From contig JAKPAM010000162.1 in the NCBI GenBank assembly GCA_029779435.1, positions 5,527 to 69,526 on the forward strand: a DNA stretch of 64,000 nucleotides, given 5' to 3'. A program made the translations under genes and the position numbers. The notes under the pieces were generated by a model. That model searched no databases. It was not told the origin of the DNA and saw only the letters and a list, made by a program, of their open reading frames with translations. Positions 47,625 to 56,665 of the stretch are shown one piece after another. The number at the start of each line of letters is the position of its first letter. Position 1 is the first letter of the stretch. Source of the DNA: Pseudomonadota bacterium (GTDB taxonomy: Bacteria > Pseudomonadota > Gammaproteobacteria > Burkholderiales > Burkholderiaceae_E).

Positions 47625-48035
47625 ATGCAATCGAGGCTCGAGATGAACGAACCGATCGAAAAAACCGATGAGCAATGGCGTTCCGACCTGACGCCGACGC
47701 AGTACTGCGTGCTGCGCGAGGAAGGCACCGAGCGCGCCTTCACGAGTCCGCTCAACAATGAAAAGCGCCGAGGCCGCTTCGTCTGCGCCGGCTGCGGACA
47801 GGTGCTGTTCCATAGCGAGATGAAGTTCGACAGCGGCACGGGCTGGCCGAGCTTCTACACGAGCCTGCCCGGCGTCTTCGAGACCAAGCAGGACCGGTCG
47901 CATTTCATGGAGCGCACCGAGTACCATTGCGCGCGCTGCGGCAGCCATCACGGCCACCTGTTCGAGGACGGCCCGGCCCCGACGGGCCTGCGCTATTGCA
48001 ACAACGGCGTTTCGCTGAAATTCGAACCCGAGTGA
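47625..48035 (+). CDS. msrB: Peptide-methionine (R)-S-oxide reductase
   Basis: 136-aa ORF with the zinc CxxC pairs CAGCGQ and CARCGSH and the catalytic segment RYCNNG. Confidence 0.9.
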   Translation: MQSRLEMNEPIEKTDEQWRSDLTPTQYCVLREEGTERAFTSPLNNEKRRGRFVCAGCGQVLFHSEMKFDSGTGWPSFYTSLPGVFETKQDRSHFMERTEYHCARCGSHHGHLFEDGPAPTGLRYCNNGVSLKFEPE

Positions 48036-48086
48036 CCGGGCCGACCGATCGGCCTGCTTCACGGGCCCGATCCCGGGCCTGAACGA

Positions 48087-48824
48087 TCAGCGCAACTCGA
48101 CTTCGCCCGAGATCGTGACGACCACTTCGGACTCGCCGCCGTCGTCGGGTACCGGAACCGACTTGCTGCGGGCGTCCGCGGCAGCGGACATCGCCATCGC
48201 CTGCATCCGCGGCACGGGCGGCACGTGGTGTTCGCCGCCCACCGACAGCGTGCGGATCTGATAGGACTTGAAGTCGAACGCCTGCGCCGCCCCCTGCGCC
48301 TTCGCGCGGAACGCCTCGGCGGCCGCCTTCATCAGCGCCTGCTCTTCCTGCGCGCGCCGCTGCGGCGTCAACCGGAACGATACCCCGCCGAAACCGAGCC
48401 GCTGCGCGAGGTCACCAGCCAGCGCGGACAGCGTCGGAAAATCGCCGGACACCAGTTCGATGCGGCCGCTGACGCGATAACCCGTCGGCTTGCCCTGGCT
48501 GTTGTAGACCGGATTCGTGTATACGCCGGCCAGCTTGGCCTTGACCGATGGCTTGCGACGCGCCTCGGCGATCGCCGCGTTCAGTTCGCCGAGCACGGCT
48601 TCGTTCAACGGCGCTACCTGCGGCCCGTCCCGGTCGATCGACATCACGACGACCATCTCGTCGTTGGCGACCGTGGCGCGGGCCTCGGCGCTCAATGCGA
48701 CGACCGGCCCCTTGGCGCGCGCGGCCTGCGCCGCGTCAGGGGCTTGCTCCGCTCTCAAAGCCGGCGGTGATGCGGCCAGCAGCGCGGCGGTCAGCGCGAT
48801 CGCCGCGTATTCGCTCTTCTTCAT
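48087..48824 (-). CDS. SIMPL-domain (DUF541, YggE-like) periplasmic protein
   Basis: This is the internal part of track ORF 48087..49295. The start is MKKSEYAAIALTAALLAASPPALRA at 48824, which is a signal peptide. Confidence 0.75.
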   Translation of the reverse strand: MKKSEYAAIALTAALLAASPPALRAEQAPDAAQAARAKGPVVALSAEARATVANDEMVVVMSIDRDGPQVAPLNEAVLGELNAAIAEARRKPSVKAKLAGVYTNPVYNSQGKPTGYRVSGRIELVSGDFPTLSALAGDLAQRLGFGGVSFRLTPQRRAQEEQALMKAAAEAFRAKAQGAAQAFDFKSYQIRTLSVGGEHHVPPVPRMQAMAMSAAADARSKSVPVPDDGGESEVVVTISGEVELR

Positions 48825-48850
48825 CTGGTTCCCTTCGTTGCTCGGATTCG

Positions 48851-49876
48851 TTACAGCGGGCGTTTGAACGCCGCTTCGGTAATCGCCGTCAATTCGTGCG
48901 TGGACTCGCACATCTGGGCGCGATGCAGCGCATCGAGCGATTGCATTGCATGATCGCGAACGCGGCTCGACAGGAAATCCAGGAATGTCGAGATCCGCTG
49001 CGGCAGCGGCCGGATCGGCGCATACAGCGCGTACAGCGGCGTTTCTTCGCCATACCAATGCGGCAGCAGCTTGACGAGGCGTCCGTCGCGCAATTCGTTC
49101 GAGACGATCGCTTCGGAGACGTTGACGATGCCGGTTCCGCGCACCGCCATGTCGACCAGCAGCGCCAGACTCGAGACCGACAACGAGCCGCTGACCTCGA
49201 TGGTCGCCTGCGCACCGGTTTCCTGATCGGTCAGGTCCCAACGCCGGCGCCAGCCTTCGCTCGGATGCAGCGCGATCAGGCACTGCTCGTGGCATAGGTC
49301 CTGCGGCGATTCGAGCATCCGCGCGCCCGCCTGCTCGACGGTCATCCCCAGCCGCGCGCTGCGATACGACGGCGCCGCGCAGACGATCGAGCGCGAGGTG
49401 CCCAATCGGCGGGCCGCGCTGTCGAGCTCGGACGGCTCACCGACGCGCAACGATACGTCGATGCCGTACTCGACGATGTTCAATGCGCGGTCCGCGACCA
49501 GCAGTTCGACCTGCAGATCGGGATTCTGCGCCAGGAACGCCGGCAGCAGCGGCGCGAGGAAGTTATGGGCGAGCACGGACGGCATTTCGACCAGCAGACG
49601 TCCCTTGGCCTGGCGCGTATCGCCGCGCGCCCGCGACTCGGCCCGATCGACGTCCAGCAGGATCTGCTTGGCGTCCTGGTAATAGCTGAGGCCCTCGTCG
49701 GTCACCTTGAGCCGGCGCGCGTGACGCTCGACCAGGCGGATGCCCAGGTGGGCTTCGAGCTGCTGCAGCACCTTGGAGGCCGTGCCCTTTTCGATCGACA
49801 GGTCCTCGGCCGCCTTGGCCAGGCTCTTGAGTTCGACGAGCCGGACGAACGTCCGCATCGCGCGCAATATATCCAT
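48851..49876 (-). CDS. LysR-family transcriptional regulator
   Basis: 341-aa ORF with the N-terminal HTH MRTFVRLVELKSLAKAAEDLSIEKGTASKVLQQLEAHLG. Confidence 0.9.
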   Translation of the reverse strand: MDILRAMRTFVRLVELKSLAKAAEDLSIEKGTASKVLQQLEAHLGIRLVERHARRLKVTDEGLSYYQDAKQILLDVDRAESRARGDTRQAKGRLLVEMPSVLAHNFLAPLLPAFLAQNPDLQVELLVADRALNIVEYGIDVSLRVGEPSELDSAARRLGTSRSIVCAAPSYRSARLGMTVEQAGARMLESPQDLCHEQCLIALHPSEGWRRRWDLTDQETGAQATIEVSGSLSVSSLALLVDMAVRGTGIVNVSEAIVSNELRDGRLVKLLPHWYGEETPLYALYAPIRPLPQRISTFLDFLSSRVRDHAMQSLDALHRAQMCESTHELTAITEAAFKRPL

Positions 49877-49915
49877 CGCCGTCCGATCCGTTCGGGGTTA
49901 CCGTTCCGGGCGCGC

Positions 49916-50593
49916 TTACCCGCGCGGCGCCTGCTGCGATTGCGGCTCCCCGACGAAGATCTCGACGCGGCGATTGCGCGCGCGGCCCGCCTCGGTCCCG
50001 TTGTCGGCGATCGGCTGGTGCGAACCGCGCCCATCGATCGCGATGCGATCGACACCGACGCCGTGATCGACCAGGTACTGGCGCGTGCTGGCGGCCCGGT
50101 TGATCGACAGCGGATCGTTGATCGCGTCGGAGCCGGTGCTGTCGGTATGGCCGATGATCCGAATCGTCGTCGCCGGATTCTCGCGAAGCGTCTGCGCGAA
50201 TCGATCGAGCACGGGCGCCAGGTTGGGCTTGATCGTCGCCTGGCCGACATCGAACGAGACGTCGCTGGGTACCTCGAGCCGCAACTGGTTGTCCTCGGTA
50301 CGGGTAACGGCGACGCCGGTGCCTGCCGTCGCCTGCTCCATCACCCGCTGCTGCTCTTCCATCTTGCGCGACCACAGGTAAGTGCCGATCGCTCCGATCG
50401 CTCCGCCGATCGCCGCGCCGCGTACCGTGTTGTGACCGCCGGTCATGTTGCCGATCGCGGCCCCGGCGGCCGTCCCGACACCGGCGCCGACGGCGGTTCG
50501 CCGCTGCGTATCGTCCATCGACGCGCAGGCGCTCAGCGCCGCCACGATGGCGACACCGGCGAGCCACCGTGATTTTCCAATGGATACTGACAT
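49916..50593 (-). CDS. OmpA-family lipoprotein with a glycine-zipper N-domain
   Basis: 225-aa ORF with the lipobox LSAC, the glycine zipper GAGVGTAAGAAIG, and the OmpA-C motif GHTDSTGSDAINDPLSINRA...NRRVEI. Confidence 0.85.
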   Translation of the reverse strand: MSVSIGKSRWLAGVAIVAALSACASMDDTQRRTAVGAGVGTAAGAAIGNMTGGHNTVRGAAIGGAIGAIGTYLWSRKMEEQQRVMEQATAGTGVAVTRTEDNQLRLEVPSDVSFDVGQATIKPNLAPVLDRFAQTLRENPATTIRIIGHTDSTGSDAINDPLSINRAASTRQYLVDHGVGVDRIAIDGRGSHQPIADNGTEAGRARNRRVEIFVGEPQSQQAPRG

Positions 50594-50706
50594 TTCGATG
50601 ACACTCCTGAACAGGGTTCAAACAGGGTTCGCACGGCGACGGAACGGCGTCGCGACCGGGCCCTTGCCGACCGCCGGAATCGGTCGACCCGCCCGGTACG
50701 CGCCTT

Positions 50707-51495
50707 TCAGCGACGCGGGCGGCGGAATGGATGCGTCGACGACAGCCCACCGTCGACGGCGAACGCCTGCCCGTTGACGTACGACGACTCGTCGCTGGCC
50801 AGGAACAGCGCCATCGCGGCGATCTCCTCGGGTTGCCCGGCACGCTGCAGCGGATTGAGCTGCCCGAGGTTGCCGACCGTGCCGCGTGACTTCGCGTAGT
50901 CGAACACCGGCCGCGTCATGCCGGTCTCGATCAGCCCGGGGCAGATCGCGTTGACGCGCACGCCGGTGCCGATCAGCGACGTGGCGGCCGTCTGCACGAG
51001 GCTGATGACGCCGGCCTTGCTGGCGCTGTAGGGCCCGCCGCCGGCATTGGCGCGCAGGGCGGCGACGGACGCCGTGCACACGATCGAGCCGCTGCCCTGG
51101 CGGACCAGGAACGGGCCGCCGTGCTTGATCGCGAGAAACGGCCCGATCAGGTTGATCCGCAGGATCTCCTGCCACAGCTCGGTCGTTTGCTCGAACAGCG
51201 GCACGTCGCCGCCGCTGATCCCGGCATTCGCATACAGCACGTCGAAGCCGCCGAACTCGTCGATCGCGCGCTGCACGTAGGCCTGGACGTCGGCCTCGTC
51301 GCCGGCGTCGAGCGCGAGTCCGATCGCGACGCCCCCCGCCTCGCGGATCGCCGATACCGTCTGCTCGACGCCTTCCGCCTGGCGATCGACCGCCAGCACG
51401 GCGGCCCCTTCGCGGGCGAACAACGTCGCGCTGGCGCGGCCGATGCCGCTGCCGGCACCGGTGACGATCGCGCGCTTGCCTTCCAGTCTTGCCAT
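50707..51495 (-). CDS. SDR-family oxidoreductase
   Basis: 262-aa ORF with TGAGSGIG and the catalytic YSASK. Confidence 0.9.
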   Translation of the reverse strand: MARLEGKRAIVTGAGSGIGRASATLFAREGAAVLAVDRQAEGVEQTVSAIREAGGVAIGLALDAGDEADVQAYVQRAIDEFGGFDVLYANAGISGGDVPLFEQTTELWQEILRINLIGPFLAIKHGGPFLVRQGSGSIVCTASVAALRANAGGGPYSASKAGVISLVQTAATSLIGTGVRVNAICPGLIETGMTRPVFDYAKSRGTVGNLGQLNPLQRAGQPEEIAAMALFLASDESSYVNGQAFAVDGGLSSTHPFRRPRR

Positions 51496-51515
51496 CGTCT
51501 ATTCCTCGCCGCCGA

Positions 51516-52289
51516 TCAGAACAGCGCGTAACCGCCGTCGATCACGAACGTGTCGCCGGTGTGGTAAGCGGCGGCCGAACTCATCAGATAGACGCCGATC
51601 CCGGAGAAGTCGGCACCCGTGCCCCAGCGACGCATCGGGATGCGCGGCATCACGTTGTCGTGGAACCTGCTGTTGCCGATCGCGTCGGCGGTCATGTTCG
51701 TCTCGATCCAGCCGGGCAGGATCGAGTGGGCGCGGATGCCGTGGCGGGCATACTCGACCGCCAGCGCGCGCATCAGCGAGACGACGCCGCCCTTGGTCGC
51801 CGCGTAGTGCTCGCTGCGCGCCGCGCCTTCGATCGCCGCCAGCGACGCGGTGCCGACCAGCGCCCCCCCAGTGCCCTGCTTGACCATCTGCTGGGCCGCC
51901 TCGCGCAGCGTGTAGAACACGCCATCGAGGTTGATCCGCAGCACGCGATGCCATTCCTCGGACGTGATGTCGGTGAACGCTCGGGCGCCGCGGCCCGACA
52001 CGCCGGCATTGGCGAAACAGCCGTCGACGCGCCCCAGCTTGGCCACGGTCTCGGCGAACGCCGCCTTGACGGCCTGCTCGTCGCCGACGTCGCACACCTG
52101 CGTCAGGATCCGGCGGCCGGTCGGCTCCAACTGCGCGCGCGCCTGGTCGTTCTTCTGCGCGCTGGTGCCCCAGATCGCGATGTCGGCGCCCGCCTGGGCC
52201 AACCCCTCGGCGATACCGAGACCGATCCCGCCATTGCCCCCGGTGACCAGGGCGACCTTGCCGGTGAGATCGAACGGTTTGAATGCCAT
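51516..52289 (-). CDS. SDR-family oxidoreductase
   Basis: This is the internal part of track ORF 51516..52475. The start is MAFKPFDLTGK at 52289, preceded by GAGGAGGAG. Motifs TGGNGGIG and YAATK are present. Confidence 0.9.
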   Translation of the reverse strand: MAFKPFDLTGKVALVTGGNGGIGLGIAEGLAQAGADIAIWGTSAQKNDQARAQLEPTGRRILTQVCDVGDEQAVKAAFAETVAKLGRVDGCFANAGVSGRGARAFTDITSEEWHRVLRINLDGVFYTLREAAQQMVKQGTGGALVGTASLAAIEGAARSEHYAATKGGVVSLMRALAVEYARHGIRAHSILPGWIETNMTADAIGNSRFHDNVMPRIPMRRWGTGADFSGIGVYLMSSAAAYHTGDTFVIDGGYALF

Positions 52290-52350
52290 GTCTGCTCCTC
52301 CTCGATGAATGGAATGCCGCCGTGCCTGCCGGTCGGCGCGCAAGGATCTT

Positions 52351-53343
52351 CTACCCTGGCAGTTTACCTGCGCGATCCTCGCCCTCGCCCTCGCCGGCCT
52401 GCCCGGCCTGCCCGCCTTCCGACCCGGCGGGCGCCTGCGCATCGGGATCGGCGCGATAGGCGCGCGCCACGTCATGGGTCAGCGCGATCAGCCGCAACAG
52501 CGCCGGATCGCGATCGGTCCGGCGCCAGGCCAGACCGAGCTGCACGGTGGGACCGGCCGACCGCAACGGCCGATAGACGACGCCGGTGCGCTGCAGATGA
52601 CGCACGGACGCGGGAATCAGCGCGACGCCCAGTCCGGCCGACACCAGGCTGACGACCGTCTGCATCTGCTTGGCGCGCTGCGAGATCCGGGGAACGAAGC
52701 CCGCCTCCCGGCAAACGCCCATCACCGCGTCGTACAGGCCAGGCGCCAGTTCGCGCGGCGTGCCGATGAACGGGTCGCCGGCCAGCGCGCGGACCGATAC
52801 CGCGTCGCAGCGCGCCACCGGGTGATCGGCGGGCGCCGCGACGATCAGCGGTTCGTCGATCAAGGGCTCGAACGCCAGGTCCGGCGCATCCATCGGCCCG
52901 AGCGCGAAGCCGGCGTCGAGCCGACGTTCGCGCAGCCGGCCGACCTGCACGTCGGAGGTCTCCTCGTGCAGCACGACCTCGATGCCCGGATGGCGCTGCC
53001 GGAGAGCCTTGAGGACCCAGGGCAGCAGGCTGTAGTCCGCGATGCTGACGAAACCGACGTCGAGCCGGCCGACGTCGCCATGCTCGGCCCGCTGCGCGAC
53101 GACCCGCGCGTGGTCGACGCGCTGCAGGATCGCCTGCGCCTCCGGATAGAACGCACGGCCGGCAGGCGTCAGCGCGACGCCGCGGTTCGTGCGATCGAAC
53201 AGGCGCACGCCCAGGTCCGCTTCGAGGTCGCGAATCTGCATCGACAACGGCGGCTGCGAGATATGCAGCCGCGCGGCCGCGCGCGCGAAGCCGGACTCGT
53301 CGGCGACGGCCAGGAAATAGCGCAGGTGTCGCAACTCGACCAT
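52351..53343 (-). CDS. LysR-family transcriptional regulator
   Basis: 330-aa ORF with the HTH LRYFLAVADESGFARAAARLHISQPPLSMQIRDLEADLG. The short repetitive C-terminal tail is GQAGQAGEGEGE. Confidence 0.9.
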   Translation of the reverse strand: MVELRHLRYFLAVADESGFARAAARLHISQPPLSMQIRDLEADLGVRLFDRTNRGVALTPAGRAFYPEAQAILQRVDHARVVAQRAEHGDVGRLDVGFVSIADYSLLPWVLKALRQRHPGIEVVLHEETSDVQVGRLRERRLDAGFALGPMDAPDLAFEPLIDEPLIVAAPADHPVARCDAVSVRALAGDPFIGTPRELAPGLYDAVMGVCREAGFVPRISQRAKQMQTVVSLVSAGLGVALIPASVRHLQRTGVVYRPLRSAGPTVQLGLAWRRTDRDPALLRLIALTHDVARAYRADPDAQAPAGSEGGQAGQAGEGEGEDRAGKLPG

Positions 53344-53448
53344 GGCCGATGACTATAGTCGAAGCGGGTCGTCCTTGCCGGCCGCCCGCGATTGGCGGCC
53401 CCTCGCGCGAATGAGCGACAATCTCGATGAACGCTCGAAAGGATCACC

Positions 53449-53790
53449 ATGGAAATCCGCTCATTGACCCCGGACCTGTCGGTCAGCCCGCAAATCCGGC
53501 CCGAAGACGTCGCGACCATCGCCGCGGCGGGCTTCAAGACGATCGTCTGCAACCGCCCCGACGGCGAGGGCGGCTCCGAACAGCCGACCTTCGAGCAGAT
53601 CCGCCAGGCTGCGCAAGGGCTGGGCCTGTCGACGCACTACGTGCCGGTCGTATCGGGGCAGATCACCGAAGACGACGTGCGCGCGTTCCAGGCGACGCTG
53701 GCCTCGGCGCCCAAACCCGTATTCGCCTATTGCCGCAGCGGCACGCGCTCGACCAACCTGTACGCGCTGGTGCGCCAGCGCGAAGGCTGA
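53449..53790 (+). CDS. TIGR01244/DUF442-type protein (phosphatase-fold domain homologous to the N-terminal domain of Blh sulfur-metabolism proteins)
   Basis: 113-aa ORF containing LSVSPQI, VCNRPDGE and YCRSGTRS. Confidence 0.75.
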   Translation: MEIRSLTPDLSVSPQIRPEDVATIAAAGFKTIVCNRPDGEGGSEQPTFEQIRQAAQGLGLSTHYVPVVSGQITEDDVRAFQATLASAPKPVFAYCRSGTRSTNLYALVRQREG

Positions 53791-53801
53791 AAACCGGGTG
53801 C

Positions 53802-53903
53802 GCGGCTGCGGCTGCGGCTGCGGCTGCGGCTGCGGCTGCGGCTGCGGCTGCGGCTGCGGCTGCGGCTGCGGCTGCGGCTGCGGCTGCGGCTGCGGCTGCG
53901 GCT
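53802..53903. repeat. Perfect hexanucleotide microsatellite (GCGGCT)17
   Basis: Counted directly: 102 bp with no interruption. It lies between the convergent stop codons at 53788..53790 and 53903..53905. Confidence 0.98.
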
Positions 53904-54232
53904 CAGCGTCGCGGCAGCCGGTGGAACGTCAACGGTTTTTCGATCGACGCGCGATCGCGCCCCGCCTCGCCGGACGGCTCCGTGCCCGATGCCGCGGACC
54001 GCGGAGCCGCGCGGGACGAGGCCTGGTCACTGCAGGTGCCGCAACCACCGCAGCCGCCTGACGACGGCGCGTACGCGCCGACCCAGCGGGCCGCCCTCGG
54101 CCAGCCGGCGGCACGCAGCGCATCGGCCGCCGCGGTCACGCGGCGCGCCAGCCAGGCCGACGGCGCCAGCGCGCGAAACGCATACAGCACGGCCACCACG
54201 CCCACGATCGCCAGCACGGCTTTCTCGATCAT
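53903..54232 (-). CDS. Small membrane-anchored protein with a GGCGGCGTC cysteine motif, downstream of feoB
   Basis: 109-aa ORF with the N-terminal TM helix MIEKAVLAIVGVVAVLYAF, followed by SSGGCGGCGTCS and a disordered tail. It lies 36 bp after the feoB stop codon on the same strand. Confidence 0.6.
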   Translation of the reverse strand: MIEKAVLAIVGVVAVLYAFRALAPSAWLARRVTAAADALRAAGWPRAARWVGAYAPSSGGCGGCGTCSDQASSRAAPRSAASGTEPSGEAGRDRASIEKPLTFHRLPRR

Positions 54233-54268
54233 CGGATCCCCTCCTCCTGCGCTCGCTTTTGGCCCATT

Positions 54269-56131
54269 TCAAGTCCACGCCAACGCGACGCGATACGTGA
54301 TGAACGACGCCAGGTACGCCAGCGCGAACAGGTAGCCGGCCATCATCAACGGATAGCGCCAGGTCGCGGTCTCGCGACGCACGACGCTGAGCGTGGCGAT
54401 GCACTGCGGCGCGAACACGTACCAGGCCAGCAGCGACAACGCGGTGGGCAGGCCCCATTGCGCGGCGATCAGCGGCGTCAGCGCCTGTTCGAGGGCATCG
54501 CCGGATTCGGACATCGCGTACACGGTGCCCAGCGCGGCGACGGCGACCTCGCGCGCGGCCATGCCGGGAATCAGCGCGATGCAGATCTGCCAGTTGAAGC
54601 CGATCGGCGCGAAGACGACCTCGAGCCACCGGCCGAGCTGGCCCGCCAGGCTGTACTCGATCGCCGGACCGGTCGCGCCATCCGGCGGCGACGGGAAGTT
54701 CGCCAGGAACCACAGGATGACCATCATCGACAGGATGATCGTACCGACCCGCCTGACGAAGATCGTCGCGCGCTCCCACAAGCCGATCAGGACGTTCTTC
54801 GCGTTCGGCCAGTGGTAGTCGGGCAGTTGCAGCAGCAGCGGCGCGACCATTCCCTTCCCGCCGAACAGCTTCATCACCCAGGCGACCAGCAGCGCGGACA
54901 CGATGCCGGCCATGTACAACGCGAACAGCACCAGGCCCTGCAGGTTCAGCACGCCCCAGACGGTCCGGTCGGGGATGAACGCCGCGATGATCAACGCATA
55001 GACCGGCAGGCGGGCCGAGCACGTCATCAGCGGCGCGATCATGATCGTCGTGATCCGGTCGCGCACGTTCTGGATCGTGCGGGCCGCCATGATGCCCGGC
55101 ACCGCGCACGCGAAGCTCGACAGCAGCGGGATGAACGCGCGGCCGGACAGGCCGACGCCTCCCATCAGGCGGTCGAGCAGGAAGGCCGCGCGCGGCAGGT
55201 AGCCGGACTCCTCGAGCACGAGGATGAACAGGAACAGGATCAGGATCTGCGGCAGGAACACCAGCACGGACCCGGCCCCGGCGATCACGCCATCGACGAT
55301 CAGGCTGCGCAGCAGGCCATCGGGCAGCAGCGCCTGCACGCCCGAGCCGATCGCCGCCACCGCCTCCTCGATCCACTCCATCGGCGCCTCGGCCCAACTG
55401 AACACGGCCTGGAACACGAGGAACATCACCGCCATCAGGATCAACGGGCCGGCGACCGGATGCAGGATGACGCGATCGATCGCCTCGCTGCGCGCCGCGC
55501 CGCCCGGCTCGGTCACGTACCGGTCGAACAGCCGGCGCACTTCGCGCTGCGTCTGCTCGACCGGCGTGTCGAGCGGTTCGGCCGGGCGATCCACCGGCGC
55601 GAGGAAGTCGAATTCATCGAGCAGCGCCAGCAGCGCGCGCTGGCCATCGCCCTGCACGGCGACCGCCTCGACGACCGGCACGCCCAGTTCGCGCCGCAGG
55701 CCTTCGATGTCGATCCGGTAGCCGCGCCGCTTGGCCACGTCCATCATGTTCAGCACGACGACCATCGGCCGGCCGAGCCGGCGCAACTCGAGCACCAGGC
55801 GCAGGTTCAACCGCAGGTTGGTCGCATCGACGACGCACAGCAGGCCGGCCGGCAGCGCCTCGCTGGCGCGCAGGCCCAGCACGACGTCGCGGGTGACGAC
55901 CTCGTCGGGCGTCAACGCGTTCAGGCTGTAGGCGCCCGGCAGATCGAGCAGGCGCCAGTGGCGCCCGGCGGGCGTCACGAAGCGCCCCTCCTTGCGCTCG
56001 ACGGTGACGCCGGCGTAGTTGGCGACCTTCTGGCGGGCGCCGGTCAGGCGATTGAACATCGCGGTCTTGCCGCAGTTCGGATTGCCGACGAGCGCGAGCA
56101 GGTCGGGTGCGACGTGGACTTCGGAATTCAT
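54269..56131 (-). CDS. feoB: Ferrous iron transporter B
   Basis: Track ORF 54269..56200, with the start at M24 (MNSEVHVAP). It has the G-domain motif GNPNCGKT followed by the polytopic permease domain. Confidence 0.9.
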   Translation of the reverse strand: MNSEVHVAPDLLALVGNPNCGKTAMFNRLTGARQKVANYAGVTVERKEGRFVTPAGRHWRLLDLPGAYSLNALTPDEVVTRDVVLGLRASEALPAGLLCVVDATNLRLNLRLVLELRRLGRPMVVVLNMMDVAKRRGYRIDIEGLRRELGVPVVEAVAVQGDGQRALLALLDEFDFLAPVDRPAEPLDTPVEQTQREVRRLFDRYVTEPGGAARSEAIDRVILHPVAGPLILMAVMFLVFQAVFSWAEAPMEWIEEAVAAIGSGVQALLPDGLLRSLIVDGVIAGAGSVLVFLPQILILFLFILVLEESGYLPRAAFLLDRLMGGVGLSGRAFIPLLSSFACAVPGIMAARTIQNVRDRITTIMIAPLMTCSARLPVYALIIAAFIPDRTVWGVLNLQGLVLFALYMAGIVSALLVAWVMKLFGGKGMVAPLLLQLPDYHWPNAKNVLIGLWERATIFVRRVGTIILSMMVILWFLANFPSPPDGATGPAIEYSLAGQLGRWLEVVFAPIGFNWQICIALIPGMAAREVAVAALGTVYAMSESGDALEQALTPLIAAQWGLPTALSLLAWYVFAPQCIATLSVVRRETATWRYPLMMAGYLFALAYLASFITYRVALAWT

Positions 56132-56138
56132 GGAATGC

Positions 56139-56414
56139 TCAGACGGTTCGAACCGTGACCAGCGCCGCCTCGAAGCGTCGCAGAGCCAGGGTCGTCGCAC
56201 CGATGCGCACGGCGATCGGGTCGCCGAACGGGAACGCGCGCCGGATCACGCGCACGCTCTCGCCGCCGATGAAACCCAGTTCGACGAGGCGCCGCGCGAT
56301 GTCGCGATGCTCGGGCGACAGCGCGTCGCCGCTCCGGCCGTCGCCGCGAAAACCGGCGACGTCGACCAAGGTTGCCGGCTGATTGCGGGCCAGTTTGTCG
56401 AGGGTGATCTGCAT
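56139..56414 (-). CDS. feoA: Ferrous iron transport protein A
   Basis: 91-aa ORF with an SH3-like FeoA domain (LVELGFIGGESVRVIRRAFPFGDPIAVRIG). It ends 7 nt before feoB. Confidence 0.85.
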   Translation of the reverse strand: MQITLDKLARNQPATLVDVAGFRGDGRSGDALSPEHRDIARRLVELGFIGGESVRVIRRAFPFGDPIAVRIGATTLALRRFEAALVTVRTV

Positions 56415-56665
56415 AGGATCAAATCGTAATGCACCTTATTCTCAACGCCAAATGACACCGGCCCGGCAAGCCATCCACCGCATGCGGCGGCGGACGGCCC
56501 GTCGGCAGGGATGACAGTCGGCGAGGATCCGCGCACACTGCGAAGCAGCGAGGCCGGTACGGCTCGCGGCCCATCGGCGCCGCGCGTCGCAGCCATCGGC
56601 CGAGATCGGACGGCGCGGCCGCGTTGCGCGAACGCCGTGTCCGCCCGCGACGACGGGGGACGACG

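Noticed and set aside
48036-48086. A short GC hairpin (GGCCG-ACCGAT-CGGCC) between the convergent msrB and SIMPL genes, considered as an intrinsic terminator.
   Set aside because: The stem is only 5 bp and has no T-run on either strand, so the evidence is not sufficient.
53427-54335. Track ORFs reading through the hexanucleotide repeat as poly-Ala (53427..54335) or (Cys-Gly)n (53798..54061).
   Set aside because: They are artefacts of the (GCGGCT)17 tract being open in all frames. The flanking parts overlap the better-supported minus-strand Cys-motif gene and feoB.
56143-56156. The 14-bp perfect palindrome ACGGTTCGAACCGT, which contains a GGTTCGAA string reminiscent of a tRNA T-arm.
   Set aside because: It lies inside the 3' end of feoA, where it encodes ...VTVRTV. 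It has no acceptor or anticodon stem context. It is not a tRNA and is at most a small hairpin at the feoA-feoB junction.
56415-56460. A possible Fur box upstream of feoA. The minus strand reads TTGAGAATAAGGTGCATTACGATTTGATC.
   Set aside because: My best manual alignment to GATAATGATAATCATTATC gives only about 11/19 matches. That is too weak to call without a position weight matrix built from the organism's own Fur sites.
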